This document shows, in pieces, positions 49,493 to 60,393 of a stretch of 64,000 bases of DNA. Numbering within the stretch: position 1 is the stretch's first letter; each line of letters opens with the position of its first letter. The notes below the pieces were generated by a model. That model saw nothing but the letters and a program-made list of their open reading frames with translations, was not told the origin of the DNA and searched no databases. Where the stretch lies: positions 32,001 to 96,000 of the forward strand of contig OZ223265.1 in NCBI GenBank assembly GCA_965140585.1. Direction: 5' to 3'. Origin of the DNA: Spirochaetia bacterium (GTDB lineage: Bacteria; Spirochaetota; Spirochaetia; UBA9216). The position numbers and the translations under genes were made by a program.

Positions 49493-50133
49493 TCACCCTG
49501 AATAAAATATCTGCATAAATCAAGGCATTCAAGTTCATCCTTCCCATATGCATCAGTACCGGAAATCCTGTAATTCTTAATAAAAACACTCTTTCCGGCT
49601 ACAATTATCTTTACATTATACTGAAGTCCGCGATTATTCTTAATTCTCTGAATAGCCCTGGAAAGGTCTTCATTTTTACTGAAAATGGCGCAGTACAGGA
49701 TAATGATCTCCGGTTTATGTTCAGTTATTTCGTAACTGTCCCAGTTCAATCCGGTATTAAGTTCAATTACTTCAAATCCGTTATTTCTAAGTGTATATGA
49801 AATTATGTTCTTGCCGTTTTCATCCTGATCTCCGCTCATTGAGCCGATAACCACCCTGCCTGCAGCCTCTGCAGCTGAATTTTCAAGCTTCATTTCTTCA
49901 AAAAGAAGTACGTTATAATAGATGTGTTCGGCATATAGTAAATCGGCCATGAAATATTCCCCGGAGCGGTAAAAACCATCAACAAGATTCATTCCTACAC
50001 TTATGCATCTTTGTATTTCGACCTGCGAAAGCCCCTGCTTCAGAAAATCAAGAACCATGGAATATACTTTTTCTTCATCGAGAGTACTTACTGCATTTGC
50101 TAATTCGAGTATTTTATCATTCGGAATGCTCAT
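49489..50133 (-). CDS. Corrinoid/B12-binding-domain protein (degenerate DxHxxG)
   Basis: Cap motif GEYFMADLL; VVIGSMSGDQDENGKNII. Confidence 0.75.
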   Translation of the reverse strand: MSIPNDKILELANAVSTLDEEKVYSMVLDFLKQGLSQVEIQRCISVGMNLVDGFYRSGEYFMADLLYAEHIYYNVLLFEEMKLENSAAEAAGRVVIGSMSGDQDENGKNIISYTLRNNGFEVIELNTGLNWDSYEITEHKPEIIILYCAIFSKNEDLSRAIQRIKNNRGLQYNVKIIVAGKSVFIKNYRISGTDAYGKDELECLDLCRYFIQGE

Positions 50134-50145
50134 CTGCCGGGACCT

Positions 50146-51486
50146 CTATTTGATATCATCATGCATTTCTGCAATCATTTTATCATCAAGTTTGTAAAAT
50201 AGGAATATTATTACCCCGAACAAAACAAGCACCGCAGGAATAAATGACATAAGAAACTGGATTCCATCAGCAGTTGAGCTGCTCACCGCCATATTGTTTT
50301 TATACCCTATAAGCACCAGTCCGAAAGATGCTATTCCTGAACCAATTATTTGCGATGCATGTATGGCAAGCTGGCCGAATGAAAAGGTTATAGCCCGGAT
50401 ATCCTTCTCATACCTGAATTTTATAAATATACTTACATCATTAAAAAATGAAGGAACCAGCACTGTCCCGACAAACATAAAAAAACCGTTTACAGCCATA
50501 ATTATCAGAAAACCGTTTTTAAGATTACCCCAGAAAGCAAGAGAGGCCAGCATCAGACAATTAAGAATTCCGGTTGATATATATAAAACCCGTTTATCTA
50601 TGTATTTTACTGCTATTTTTGAAGCAAAAGCTCCAGCGAATGCAGTTACAGACATGATTAGAATATATGATGACATTAGTGAGACATCTTTTATAACGAT
50701 CTTCAGGTAATAGATCATCAATGCTGAAACTGCAACAGGAACTGCAGAACGAAGCGCAATCGAAACAAAAAGAGGAATTGTAGGCCCCTTAAACACAAAG
50801 AATAAATTTTTTATATCCTCTTTTATCCCGATTCCAGCTGTTCCGGAACGCTCTTTATCATAGGGTTTTGAGGTTATGAATACTATAAGGATACATACAA
50901 CCATGATTATTCCGTATCCCACAGCGTTCAGGCTGTATACTATCGGCCGCTCCGCGTATTTTAGCAATATCCTGATACCTAAATTTGCAAACAGCAGACT
51001 TGCCACGGTTCCTAGTTGAAACCCCGTAGTACTCAGACTTACTGCATCATATGGAATCTTGCCTATACATCCCAGCAGACTGCGGTAGGAAATCCACATC
51101 ATGGTATAGCCCCAGTATACAAGCAGATAGATAACAGAAAATATAACAGAATACAATGATGCCGGAAGCGACAGCTTTGTAAAGAGCAGACTCATCGAAA
51201 CCGCACATATAAGAGCACCGGAAATCATCCATTGACGATACGGTCTGGTAGATCGGTTGATCAAAATTCCTGAAACAAGTACAGCGAAAACTTCAAACCA
51301 TTGGCATAGGGTAAATATGACGGCGGCTCTTGCGGGGGCAAACATCAGAACATCAGTAAGGTAATACATGAGGTAGTAGGCAAGATATATTAGGAAGAAA
51401 GTAAAACCGAACTCCCCTACGGCATACCCTAATATCTTTTTAAATGAAAGAGTTGTCTTTCTCACCGGTATGCTTCCAATAGACAT
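50146..51486 (-). CDS. MFS transporter, GPH/MelB family
   Basis: LGYAVGEFG...LMYYLTDVL; ~12 hydrophobic segments. Confidence 0.85.
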   Translation of the reverse strand: MSIGSIPVRKTTLSFKKILGYAVGEFGFTFFLIYLAYYLMYYLTDVLMFAPARAAVIFTLCQWFEVFAVLVSGILINRSTRPYRQWMISGALICAVSMSLLFTKLSLPASLYSVIFSVIYLLVYWGYTMMWISYRSLLGCIGKIPYDAVSLSTTGFQLGTVASLLFANLGIRILLKYAERPIVYSLNAVGYGIIMVVCILIVFITSKPYDKERSGTAGIGIKEDIKNLFFVFKGPTIPLFVSIALRSAVPVAVSALMIYYLKIVIKDVSLMSSYILIMSVTAFAGAFASKIAVKYIDKRVLYISTGILNCLMLASLAFWGNLKNGFLIIMAVNGFFMFVGTVLVPSFFNDVSIFIKFRYEKDIRAITFSFGQLAIHASQIIGSGIASFGLVLIGYKNNMAVSSSTADGIQFLMSFIPAVLVLFGVIIFLFYKLDDKMIAEMHDDIK

Positions 51487-51561
51487 ATAATCCCCATATT
51501 CGAAAATTTATAATGCATATCTATAAAGTGCAAGCAATAATAGATATGCATTTTTATGAAA

Positions 51562-52938
51562 CTAGCTCACGGCAGCCTCTTTTTGACTTCTGTATTCATC
51601 CAGCTTCTTCTCATCTACTTTATAGAAAATAAAGATAGCTGCAGAAAGGAAACTAACAAGAGCAGGACCGAAAGCCATCATGTAGGTGATTCCGTTTATC
51701 AGTTCAGGCGTCATTTCAGCGCCCTTTTCATATCCTACAAAAGCAAGACCGAAGCTGGCTGCCATACCTGAAATAACAGCACCTAGTTTTATAGCAGTAC
51801 CGCCCATGGACTGCGTAAAAGCCCTTGCAGATTCTCCGCCGTTCATTTCACTGTGATCTGAAACGTCATTTGCGATAGCGGGAAGAAGAACTCCTATAAA
51901 AGATCCCATAAAACTAACTGCAACACGAAGAATCAGAAACGGCAGTGAGGTTCTACCGATAAAAGAAATAAGCGCATACAGAATACCTGTGATTATCATC
52001 ACAAATATCCAGACGAGTTTCTTACTGTATTTCTTGCATAAGGGTTTGGCGGCATAGGCACCGACTACAGCACCCACAGAACCCAGAGTGATAGCTAAAC
52101 CGAAGGCCTTCGGATCATTGAGAACATACTTGGTAAAATAACGAAGAAGTGCCATAAAAAATCCGAGCTGAGCATTACCGATTATCATTGCAAGAAAAAA
52201 CGGTATCATCGGCCCTTTCAGATTTTTTATCAGTTTTATTATGCCTATCCGTTCTTTTTTCTGTGTAGCATTGGTAACGGCAGCCTCCCCTTTAGCCCTG
52301 GATGGTTCGTATTTCTTTGTAATTGCACCGAATATTATACAGCCTACAACTATGAACAGACCATACAGAATTGCAGTAAAAGTATATCCCCTCTGTTCTG
52401 AACCGCCCCACATCCCAAGGAAGGTTGCACCGACAAGACCGTAAACAATACCGCCCAGTGAAGACATCATCTGTGCAGATGAGGTCAGTGCAATAGCGTC
52501 ATTATTAGTTTTTGCCATCTTACCAAGCATTGCCCGCTGAGAAACCCAAAGAGCACTGTATCCGAACTGTGCTATAGCATATAGAATAAGAAATACGGCT
52601 ATCGCAACAGCCTGACTGGCAATATTGAGGTCAGTGAAAAGCAGTGTTGTCCCAACCAGAAGTATCAACGCACCAAGATATACCCAGGAGCGGTATTTAC
52701 CCCAGCGAAGATTTGTATTGTCTATAACGATGCCGGATGTAACAATGGTACCTGTTCTTATCCACATGGCAGCACTGTAAACAACAGCAGCTACGATAGG
52801 CGGAATTCCCCAGACATTTGTAAGGTAATACAGTAGATAGTATGCCAGGAACATTAAAAAGAATGTATTTACAAACATTCCTGAAAAACCATATCCGTAT
52901 ATTTCCCAGAATTTTAAGGCGCTTTTTTTCTCTTTCAT
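51562..52938 (-). CDS. MFS transporter, GPH/MelB family
   Basis: YYLTNVWG, DNTNLRWGKYRSW. Confidence 0.88.
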   Translation of the reverse strand: MKEKKSALKFWEIYGYGFSGMFVNTFFLMFLAYYLLYYLTNVWGIPPIVAAVVYSAAMWIRTGTIVTSGIVIDNTNLRWGKYRSWVYLGALILLVGTTLLFTDLNIASQAVAIAVFLILYAIAQFGYSALWVSQRAMLGKMAKTNNDAIALTSSAQMMSSLGGIVYGLVGATFLGMWGGSEQRGYTFTAILYGLFIVVGCIIFGAITKKYEPSRAKGEAAVTNATQKKERIGIIKLIKNLKGPMIPFFLAMIIGNAQLGFFMALLRYFTKYVLNDPKAFGLAITLGSVGAVVGAYAAKPLCKKYSKKLVWIFVMIITGILYALISFIGRTSLPFLILRVAVSFMGSFIGVLLPAIANDVSDHSEMNGGESARAFTQSMGGTAIKLGAVISGMAASFGLAFVGYEKGAEMTPELINGITYMMAFGPALVSFLSAAIFIFYKVDEKKLDEYRSQKEAAVS

Positions 52939-53208
52939 TCAAACTCCTTTTTAACCTGAAATTGATGTTTACAACACTAACACACAATTTTTAAGTTGTA
53001 AATACAAATTATCACTACCTCAATACTCTAAATGCAAAATATGGCTGCTCAACTCTGTCTTTATCTATATATTACTAACTTTTTTCACCCTTTAGACCAT
53101 ATTATAACAACTTTATAGTTTATTTGTGTTTACATATGGGGTATTCCATTTTATATTTATAACCATCTTTCTAATTTTATCTTTCTACTTGTATATACAG
53201 GAGGGTTT

Positions 53209-55098
53209 ATGTTTAGCTATGCAGGGAAACTTCTTTTTATAGATCTAACAACATCAACAATAAAAACTGAGGATCTGTCTGAGGAAATGGCAGATCTGTA
53301 TCTGGGAGGATACGGGATAGGAGCAAAGATACTGCTTGAGAGAATGCCGGCTCATGCTGATGCCTTCTCAGAAGAAAGCATGCTGGGAATCATATGCGGA
53401 GGACAGAATGCCACCAATGCCGGTATAATGGGCAGGTACACAGTTGTACACAAATCTCCTGTAACACAGGGATTCAACGACGCAAACTCCGGCGGATTCT
53501 TTGGAAATGAGCTCAAGAAAGCAGGCTTTGACGGCATCTTTGTATCAGGAATCGCCCCAAAACCGGTATATATCTGGATAAATGACGGAAAAGTGGAACT
53601 CAGGAATGCAGAGGCTTTCTGGGGACTTGACTGCAAAGATATCTGGGACGCCCTTAGAAAAGACACAGGAGAGCCGAAACTCAGGTATGCGGCAATAGGT
53701 CCGGCCGGAGAAAACCTGAATCTCTATTCATGTATAATCAACGATGGTCACCGCGCCGCAGGAAGAGGCGGATGCGGTGCGGTAATGGGTTCAAAAAATC
53801 TCAAGGCAATCGCAGTCAGGGGGACCCAGAAAATTGAAGTAGCTGATAAGTCAAAAATCACAGAATTAAATCGTGCTGTAACTAAAATTATCAGGGAATC
53901 TAAACCTCATGAATATCCAAACTTTTTTTCAAGACTCGGAAGTACATCAGAAACAGCTAACAGTGCTCTGTCGGGGGATTCCCCTGTAAAGAATTGGGGC
54001 GGTGTGGGAATAAGGGATTTTGGAGAGGAAAATGCCGAAAAGGTAAATCCCCGCCGCTTTGATGATATCTATAAAGTAAGAAAATATTCCTGCGGAAGCT
54101 GTTTAATAGGCTGCGGTGCAGAATACGAGGTTACTGACGGCAGATGGCCTATCGGAATCACCGATCGTCCCGAGTATGAAACCCTTGCTGTTTTCGGCTG
54201 CAACTGCATGAACGCAGAGCTTGATGCAATCTTTAAATGCAATGAGATATGCAACCGGGCCGGAATGGACGTTATAAGCTGCGGCTCAACAATAGCCTGG
54301 GCTATGGAATGCTATGAGAATGGAATACTGACAGCAGATGAGCTTGACGGCCTGGAAGCCAACTGGGGAAATGCGGAAACCATGGTTGCTCTGACCCAGA
54401 AGATTGCTGATAACGAAGGTGTTGGCAAAATCCTGGCCCTGGGACAGCAGGGAGCAGCTGAAGCAATGGGAAAAGGGCATGAATACGTCATGACATGCAT
54501 GGGCATTGAGCCTCCAATGCACGACGGCAGAAGGGCTCAGGGATATGCAAGGATGTATCAGTTTGACCCCACCCCCGGACGTCATGTAAAAGGTGGACAG
54601 AGGGCAGTTGCCGTAGATAATCCTGAGAAAACAAACTTTGATTTCACTCAGAAGATGCCCTACTTCAAGATGTCCAACGTCAATAAACTAGCCTATCAGG
54701 AAGTAATGAATGCAGCAGGAATGTGCATGTTTTCAAATTTCATTATTCCAGACAACTGGCTGAATGATCAAATAGAAGCGGTAACCGGAAAAGAGTTTTC
54801 ACCTGAGAAGCTATATTACACAGGCCTTCGTCTATTTATGCTCAGACATGCATTTAATATCAGAGAAGGTCTGATTAGAAAGCATTTCACAATGTCTCCG
54901 CGCCTTCTGGGCAATCCTCCGATGGATACAGGGCCTTTCGAGGGAGTTACTGTACCAAACGAGAAATACGGCGATATTTTCTTTGAGCAGATGGGCTGTG
55001 ATGTTGAAACCGGCATCCCCAAAAAGGAAACTCTTGAAAGAATTGGCGGCCTGCAGGATGTAATAGATATTATAGACGGAATTGAACTCGCAGTATGA
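53209..55098 (+). CDS. Aldehyde:ferredoxin oxidoreductase family (W/Mo-pterin)
   Basis: YLGGYG, KSPVT, IGPAGEN, GRGG.GAVMGSKNLKAI, C..C.IGC, PEYET. Confidence 0.93.
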   Translation: MFSYAGKLLFIDLTTSTIKTEDLSEEMADLYLGGYGIGAKILLERMPAHADAFSEESMLGIICGGQNATNAGIMGRYTVVHKSPVTQGFNDANSGGFFGNELKKAGFDGIFVSGIAPKPVYIWINDGKVELRNAEAFWGLDCKDIWDALRKDTGEPKLRYAAIGPAGENLNLYSCIINDGHRAAGRGGCGAVMGSKNLKAIAVRGTQKIEVADKSKITELNRAVTKIIRESKPHEYPNFFSRLGSTSETANSALSGDSPVKNWGGVGIRDFGEENAEKVNPRRFDDIYKVRKYSCGSCLIGCGAEYEVTDGRWPIGITDRPEYETLAVFGCNCMNAELDAIFKCNEICNRAGMDVISCGSTIAWAMECYENGILTADELDGLEANWGNAETMVALTQKIADNEGVGKILALGQQGAAEAMGKGHEYVMTCMGIEPPMHDGRRAQGYARMYQFDPTPGRHVKGGQRAVAVDNPEKTNFDFTQKMPYFKMSNVNKLAYQEVMNAAGMCMFSNFIIPDNWLNDQIEAVTGKEFSPEKLYYTGLRLFMLRHAFNIREGLIRKHFTMSPRLLGNPPMDTGPFEGVTVPNEKYGDIFFEQMGCDVETGIPKKETLERIGGLQDVIDIIDGIELAV

Positions 55099-55331
55099 TT
55101 AAGCTTAAATATATGCTTCCGCAAAAAGAGGCTCTTCCCGATAATGCAGAATACCGGGAAGGCATCACAGTCAATGATTTGATTGAAGATTTGAGAGATG
55201 AACTAAAACCGCTGATTGAAATATCATTCTCTGAACTGACTTTTATATCAAACCACAGAACTATCAGCAAAGAAACAAAATTATACGACGGGCAGGAACT
55301 GCTGATTCTCAAACCGACCTCGGGAGGATGA
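55095..55331 (+). CDS. MoaD/ThiS-family sulfur carrier
   Basis: 78 aa ending in SGG, translationally coupled to AOR. Confidence 0.8.
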   Translation: MIKLKYMLPQKEALPDNAEYREGITVNDLIEDLRDELKPLIEISFSELTFISNHRTISKETKLYDGQELLILKPTSGG

Positions 55332-55335
55332 AAAT

Positions 55336-56169
55336 ATGACAATAAAAAACAGCATAATTCATAAGAATGTAGAGCTTGCAGGAGTTAAAACCTCAATCAG
55401 AATCAGAACCGGCATGGCTCCGGCCCTTATATGCATCCACGGGAGCGGTCTTGGACAGGATACTTTCACAGAGCTGTTTTCGGAAGAATTACTTCAGGAG
55501 AACACTCTCATTTCATATGATTTGCCAGGTCATGGTTTATCGGGAATGCCTGATGAACCTGACAGAATTTTTTCATATCAGGGATATTCAGCTCACCTGC
55601 GCGAACTAATTGAATATCTAAAGCTGGATAGTTTCATCCTGATAGGACACAGCCTCGGCGCACATATCGCCCTGCAGTACTCAGCTCTTAGAGACTCTCC
55701 AAAATCCGAAGGACTGTTCCTTGTCAGTGCGGTTCCGATTTCTGATCTTGGGTCAGCAGCCATGTCCCATAAAACACCTCCGCCGCCTCCGTACAGTGAG
55801 GATGAAGCCACACCTGAGAGGATAACAGACTATCTTGCATCTTTATTTACTGATGACAGCACATTCCGGAAACGCTTAAAGCCGATACTTTTGCAGACAA
55901 GGACAGAAGCAAAAACAGTTTTTTTTAAAAATCTTAATCAATTCGGAATGCAGAATGAACTGCAGCTTCTGAAAAGTATTCCCTGCAAAGTCAGCTTTGT
56001 TCTGGGTGAAAACGACAGGATTATTGATACCGGCTATATTAAAACTACAACCGGGCCTGAATTGGGCAGCACAGATATCAGTTTCAATATTATCAATAAT
56101 TCAGGACACATCCCGATGTGGGAAAACCGGAAAGAGTTCAATAAATTACTGAAATCATTTCTGCTTTAA
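55336..56169 (+). CDS. Alpha/beta hydrolase
   Basis: IHG, DLPGHG, GHSLG, GEND, GH. Confidence 0.9.
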   Translation: MTIKNSIIHKNVELAGVKTSIRIRTGMAPALICIHGSGLGQDTFTELFSEELLQENTLISYDLPGHGLSGMPDEPDRIFSYQGYSAHLRELIEYLKLDSFILIGHSLGAHIALQYSALRDSPKSEGLFLVSAVPISDLGSAAMSHKTPPPPPYSEDEATPERITDYLASLFTDDSTFRKRLKPILLQTRTEAKTVFFKNLNQFGMQNELQLLKSIPCKVSFVLGENDRIIDTGYIKTTTGPELGSTDISFNIINNSGHIPMWENRKEFNKLLKSFLL

Positions 56170-56209
56170 CTACAATTACAGATTCCATAAAACATCCGGC
56201 GAAATGGTA

Positions 56210-57568
56210 TCATAATTTACCGCTTTCGAGCCGTTTCAGCTGCCTCAACTCAAAAGACATTACAACAAGTGAAATTGTGATCGATAAGAAATCAGATGAA
56301 GGAAAGGCCGCCCAGATCCCGTCAACACCTATAAACCTCGGCAGGATGAGGACAATTGGGATAAGCAGAAGAAACTGCCTTGAAAGACCCAGAAGCAACG
56401 ATGCAATTCCCTTCCCGATTGCCTGAAAATATACGCTTGCAATGATCTGTATACTCATCAACGGCATAGCAAGCGACATGATTTTAAGAGCCCTGGAACT
56501 GCTTGCTATAAGATCAGCATCCACGGTAAATAATCCTATAAAAAAATCCGGAAACGTTCTTATTAAGAAAAAGAAAAAGGATGACACTGATATGGAAGTT
56601 CCGGCAGCCAGAAAAAGAATCCGTTTTACCCTTCCGTACTCACGGGCACCGAAGTTATATCCCGCTATTGGCTGGAATCCCTGGGCCAGACCAATCATCG
56701 GCATAAAAACAAATGAGAGCAGCCGGTGAAGCATTCCATATGTAGATATCGCCAGGTCTCCTCCAAGCAGCCCCAGTGTATTGTTTACTATCACCGCAAG
56801 TATACTTATCCCTGCAGACTGAACCGCATTAGGTAGCCCCAACACCAGCATTTCACGCAGAAAAGCTCCTTTAATATGCATATGGCCGCGATCAAGTCGA
56901 ATAGAGCTTTTCTTTGTGAGATAAAAAAGAGCAACCCAGACAAACGAACAAAACTGGCTAATCACAGTTGCAAGGGCGGCACCCTGAATTCCCATATCAA
57001 GTACAAAAATAAAAATCGGGTCGAGGATTATATTCAGCCCCATACCTATGAGCATGGTACCCATGGCAGTCCTGGCCTTCCCTTCGGATCTGATCATATT
57101 ATTACCAGCCATAGAAATAGCAATAAAGGGAAATCCGAAAATAACATTACGCAGATATTCAACAGAATAAGGCATAATAGTTTCGGTAGCGCCGAAAAGC
57201 GATAGTATCGGTCTGAAAAAGGCAGCAATACCAATAACAATCACAATAGAAAATATGGCGATAGAAAGAATAGCTGTCCCAAGAGCAAGGGAAGCTTCAT
57301 CGTAATTCTTTTCACCGAGCTTTCGGGAGATAATTGAAGCAGCGCCTATACCGATCATCTGACCTACAGCCTGAACAATCATCTGAATAGGAAAAGCTAT
57401 TGACAGCCCGGCAATGCCAAGCGGTCCTACACCTCGACCTACGAAAATAGTATCAACTACATTGTAAAGTGCCGCGGCCATCATACCTATTATTGCAGGT
57501 ACAGACATTTTCATTAGTAAAGGAAATAGTTTTTCTGTCCCGAGAAAGGACGATCTATTCTGCTGCAT
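56210..57568 (-). CDS. MATE efflux transporter
   Basis: YNVVDTIFVG, NIILDPIFI...GAALAT, QPIAGYNFGA. Confidence 0.93.
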   Translation of the reverse strand: MQQNRSSFLGTEKLFPLLMKMSVPAIIGMMAAALYNVVDTIFVGRGVGPLGIAGLSIAFPIQMIVQAVGQMIGIGAASIISRKLGEKNYDEASLALGTAILSIAIFSIVIVIGIAAFFRPILSLFGATETIMPYSVEYLRNVIFGFPFIAISMAGNNMIRSEGKARTAMGTMLIGMGLNIILDPIFIFVLDMGIQGAALATVISQFCSFVWVALFYLTKKSSIRLDRGHMHIKGAFLREMLVLGLPNAVQSAGISILAVIVNNTLGLLGGDLAISTYGMLHRLLSFVFMPMIGLAQGFQPIAGYNFGAREYGRVKRILFLAAGTSISVSSFFFFLIRTFPDFFIGLFTVDADLIASSSRALKIMSLAMPLMSIQIIASVYFQAIGKGIASLLLGLSRQFLLLIPIVLILPRFIGVDGIWAAFPSSDFLSITISLVVMSFELRQLKRLESGKL

Positions 57569-58019
57569 TATCTTCTCTCTTTTCCATCAGGTTAAGACTA
57601 TCGTGAATAACTTTAAGCGCGCTGATAATTTTACGCCTCTGTTCTTTAGAAAAAACACTCAATATAGATTCAGTATGCTCGATAAGATTCTCATCAAGCC
57701 TGTCTGTCATACTCAGCCCTTCAGCTGTAATTGAAACAAGGACTGTACGCCTGTCATCAGCGGCTCTTTTACGCTCAACCAGTCTGGCTTCAACCAGTGC
57801 ATCAACAACCTGGGTCAGAGAACCTTTTACAATCCCTGTGAGCCGGCCGAGAACATGCATTGAAACAGCACCCTGCTCCCGAAGTATCAGGAGTGTATGA
57901 GCCTGCGTCTGGTTCACAGATATATCATCCGAGAGAGTCAGATTCTTTTTCATGGCATTATAAAATCTGTACGGGGTCCGGATAAGCAAAAGAGCCTCAT
58001 CCATCGTTATATATTTCAT
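57555..58019 (-). CDS. MarR-family regulator
   Basis: LTQVVDALVEARLVER...DDRR...IT.EG. Confidence 0.9.
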   Translation of the reverse strand: MKYITMDEALLLIRTPYRFYNAMKKNLTLSDDISVNQTQAHTLLILREQGAVSMHVLGRLTGIVKGSLTQVVDALVEARLVERKRAADDRRTVLVSITAEGLSMTDRLDENLIEHTESILSVFSKEQRRKIISALKVIHDSLNLMEKREDNAAE

Positions 58020-58159
58020 TTATAAATCGCTTAAAGTATTTTGTCGTAAACCAGATAGTCTTTTATCAGACTAATTATGCATAAAACAAAACATATAATC
58101 AAGATATAAATCTTCAATGAGCTATTACTTAAATCCATATTTTACTGCTAAACTAAATT

Positions 58160-58387
58160 ATGGAATATGAGGAAGCTGAAACACTGCTTGAACTTGCAAA
58201 TACTAAAATGCCCTTCGGAAAATATTCAGGACGGTACCTGATTGATTTACCTGAAACATATGTGCTTTGGTTCAGAGATAAGGGACTGCCGGGCGGACGT
58301 CTTGGAGAACTGATGGCAATACTGGTTGAAATCAAGATAAACGGCCTGGAAAAACTGATACGGCCTCTAATTAAGAAAAGCTACTGA
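58160..58387 (+). CDS. DUF3820-like protein
   Basis: MPFGKYSGRYLIDLPE.Y..WF...EIKINGLE. Confidence 0.88.
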   Translation: MEYEEAETLLELANTKMPFGKYSGRYLIDLPETYVLWFRDKGLPGGRLGELMAILVEIKINGLEKLIRPLIKKSY

Positions 58388-58399
58388 CTTATCCGATTA

Positions 58400-59500
58400 T
58401 CAGATACTTTCAACCCAGTTCTCAAAATCGGTTATATATAAATCAAGATTACTTCCGTATATTTCTACAGCATTTTCATAGCTCTGGTCACTCAGCAGAA
58501 GTATAAGCTTATCAACCCCTGCCTTTTTAACGAGATATTCAATAAAAGCTCCACCAACAGGATATCCAACATTCTCGGTATAGCTTCCCCAGTTTGCCCA
58601 CATATCCTTTATATCAAGATTCTTTCGCGCTTTTTTACTGACTTGCTTTACTCTTTCTTCGAAAGTAAATCCTGTATTCTGATCAAAATATACTGCTCCG
58701 CCTTCGTTTATCAGACCGGTCACTTCTCCTCTATCTTTATAAAGGTGATATATGATTGAATGAGCGATTTCATGACCTACAGACTGATCATCAGCCGAAT
58801 GAATTATCCCCTCGCTTGACATACTGAAGCCAAGCGTCTTACCGTATTCTTCATAAAATTTATCCCTATCATGCCAGACATAAAAATCAATACTAAAATC
58901 AGGCTCCACTTTCAAAGTTGAGCATATTTTAACAAAGGCAGTCTCTCTAACTTCCGTATATACTGCAGGATTGCTGATGCTCTGAACGTCATTAAAATAA
59001 AAGTTGATATGCTCTGTTCCAATGAATGTAAAATCCGCTTTATTCTGAGCAAGCTGCAATTTTTCCATCTTAGCCCAGCTTGCGGAATTAGAGGTTTTAT
59101 TCAGTTCAATGACCTTGTCGAACATCTGCAAAGCCAGGCTTCTGTCTGTCTCAGAATAATAGCTGCCCAGATACAGATAGCTCCAGCTTGAAATGTAGCT
59201 TTTTTCATTATCAAGCTTAATTGCTTTCTCCAGGTAAGCAAGGGCTTCTTTTCCTCTTTTCGAATCGGATAAAGCTCTTCCAATACAATGATTTACAAAA
59301 GCGTCATCAGGATTTTCTTTCAGATATTCAATAGAGAGCAGGATAACTTCCTGGTAGTTTTTATGAACGTAGTAATCTCTGATTTTTTCCTGCTCAGCAT
59401 CAAGCGGATTGGAAGTCATGCAGGATACTAAAAAAAAAGTTAACAAGATCAGAATTGAGAATTTCATTCTGGAGATTTGATTTATTCTTTCCATTTTCAT
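58400..59500 (-). CDS. TPR lipoprotein with zincin (HExxH) domain
   Basis: FLVSC lipobox, TPR-like helices, HEIAH...NEG. Confidence 0.7.
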   Translation of the reverse strand: MKMERINQISRMKFSILILLTFFLVSCMTSNPLDAEQEKIRDYYVHKNYQEVILLSIEYLKENPDDAFVNHCIGRALSDSKRGKEALAYLEKAIKLDNEKSYISSWSYLYLGSYYSETDRSLALQMFDKVIELNKTSNSASWAKMEKLQLAQNKADFTFIGTEHINFYFNDVQSISNPAVYTEVRETAFVKICSTLKVEPDFSIDFYVWHDRDKFYEEYGKTLGFSMSSEGIIHSADDQSVGHEIAHSIIYHLYKDRGEVTGLINEGGAVYFDQNTGFTFEERVKQVSKKARKNLDIKDMWANWGSYTENVGYPVGGAFIEYLVKKAGVDKLILLLSDQSYENAVEIYGSNLDLYITDFENWVESI

Positions 59501-59535
59501 TTTCCTTTTTAAAATATATTTATATAAATTTTTTA

Positions 59536-60312
59536 TTAATAATCGTAATTATAAACATTATCTGAAAAATCATACAACAGGAGTCCATCCCTGGTTTCGT
59601 TTTCAAAAACACGGCTCAGATAATAGACGGACATATTATTATATTCTGTCAGCCTGTCAATAAATCCAGGCTCATCTGTAATATTCTCTGAAGGAAGGCC
59701 TGAACGGGTAAGTTTTTCTATGAGCTTGTCGGCTCTTTTTCGAACATCAAAAAAATAATCCGCAACGCTGCTGTAAGGAGGATGTCCATAAAACCTGTTT
59801 TCATTAACAAGGAGATGCACAAGCATTCTTGGATCAGTCTTTTCAAGTTTACGGGCTTCCATAAAGTAGTCAGGAAAACCATATGGCTCCAGAATCCACT
59901 TATCAAGGAAGGTAAGAATAATCAGAATTATACGCTGGACTTCCGGAGCTTCATGCTTTCCTTCCACCAGTCCATGGACTTCCCAGAGAATGATATTAAT
60001 CCGCTCAAGTATTTCCTCACTGCTGAACTCAGTCTTTCCTGAAAGCACGGACCTTCCCCGGCCGGCCGGCATCCTGACGCGTTTGAGATAGGTACTTTTA
60101 CTCAGAAATACATCATATTCCTTTCTTCTATCATCATCAGAAAGAACCTGGTAGGCGTCAAGAATGATTCTGAATATCTGATTTGATTTCAATGAACCGT
60201 CATTTTTATCAGGATGATATTTCATTGAGAGCCTGCGGAATGCCTGCTTTATCATTGATAAATCTGAATTTTCAGAGACGCCGAGTATCTGATAGTGATT
60301 TCTATAGCTCAT
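59536..60312 (-). CDS. J-domain protein
   Basis: HYQILGV...YHPDKN...AYQVLSD..RRKEYD. Confidence 0.88.
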   Translation of the reverse strand: MSYRNHYQILGVSENSDLSMIKQAFRRLSMKYHPDKNDGSLKSNQIFRIILDAYQVLSDDDRRKEYDVFLSKSTYLKRVRMPAGRGRSVLSGKTEFSSEEILERINIILWEVHGLVEGKHEAPEVQRIILIILTFLDKWILEPYGFPDYFMEARKLEKTDPRMLVHLLVNENRFYGHPPYSSVADYFFDVRKRADKLIEKLTRSGLPSENITDEPGFIDRLTEYNNMSVYYLSRVFENETRDGLLLYDFSDNVYNYDY

Positions 60313-60393
60313 CCAATATTATACAACCTTTTATACTGAATATATTTATAATTCTTTATATAATACTATACAATTTATTTTCAGGAGAAACTA

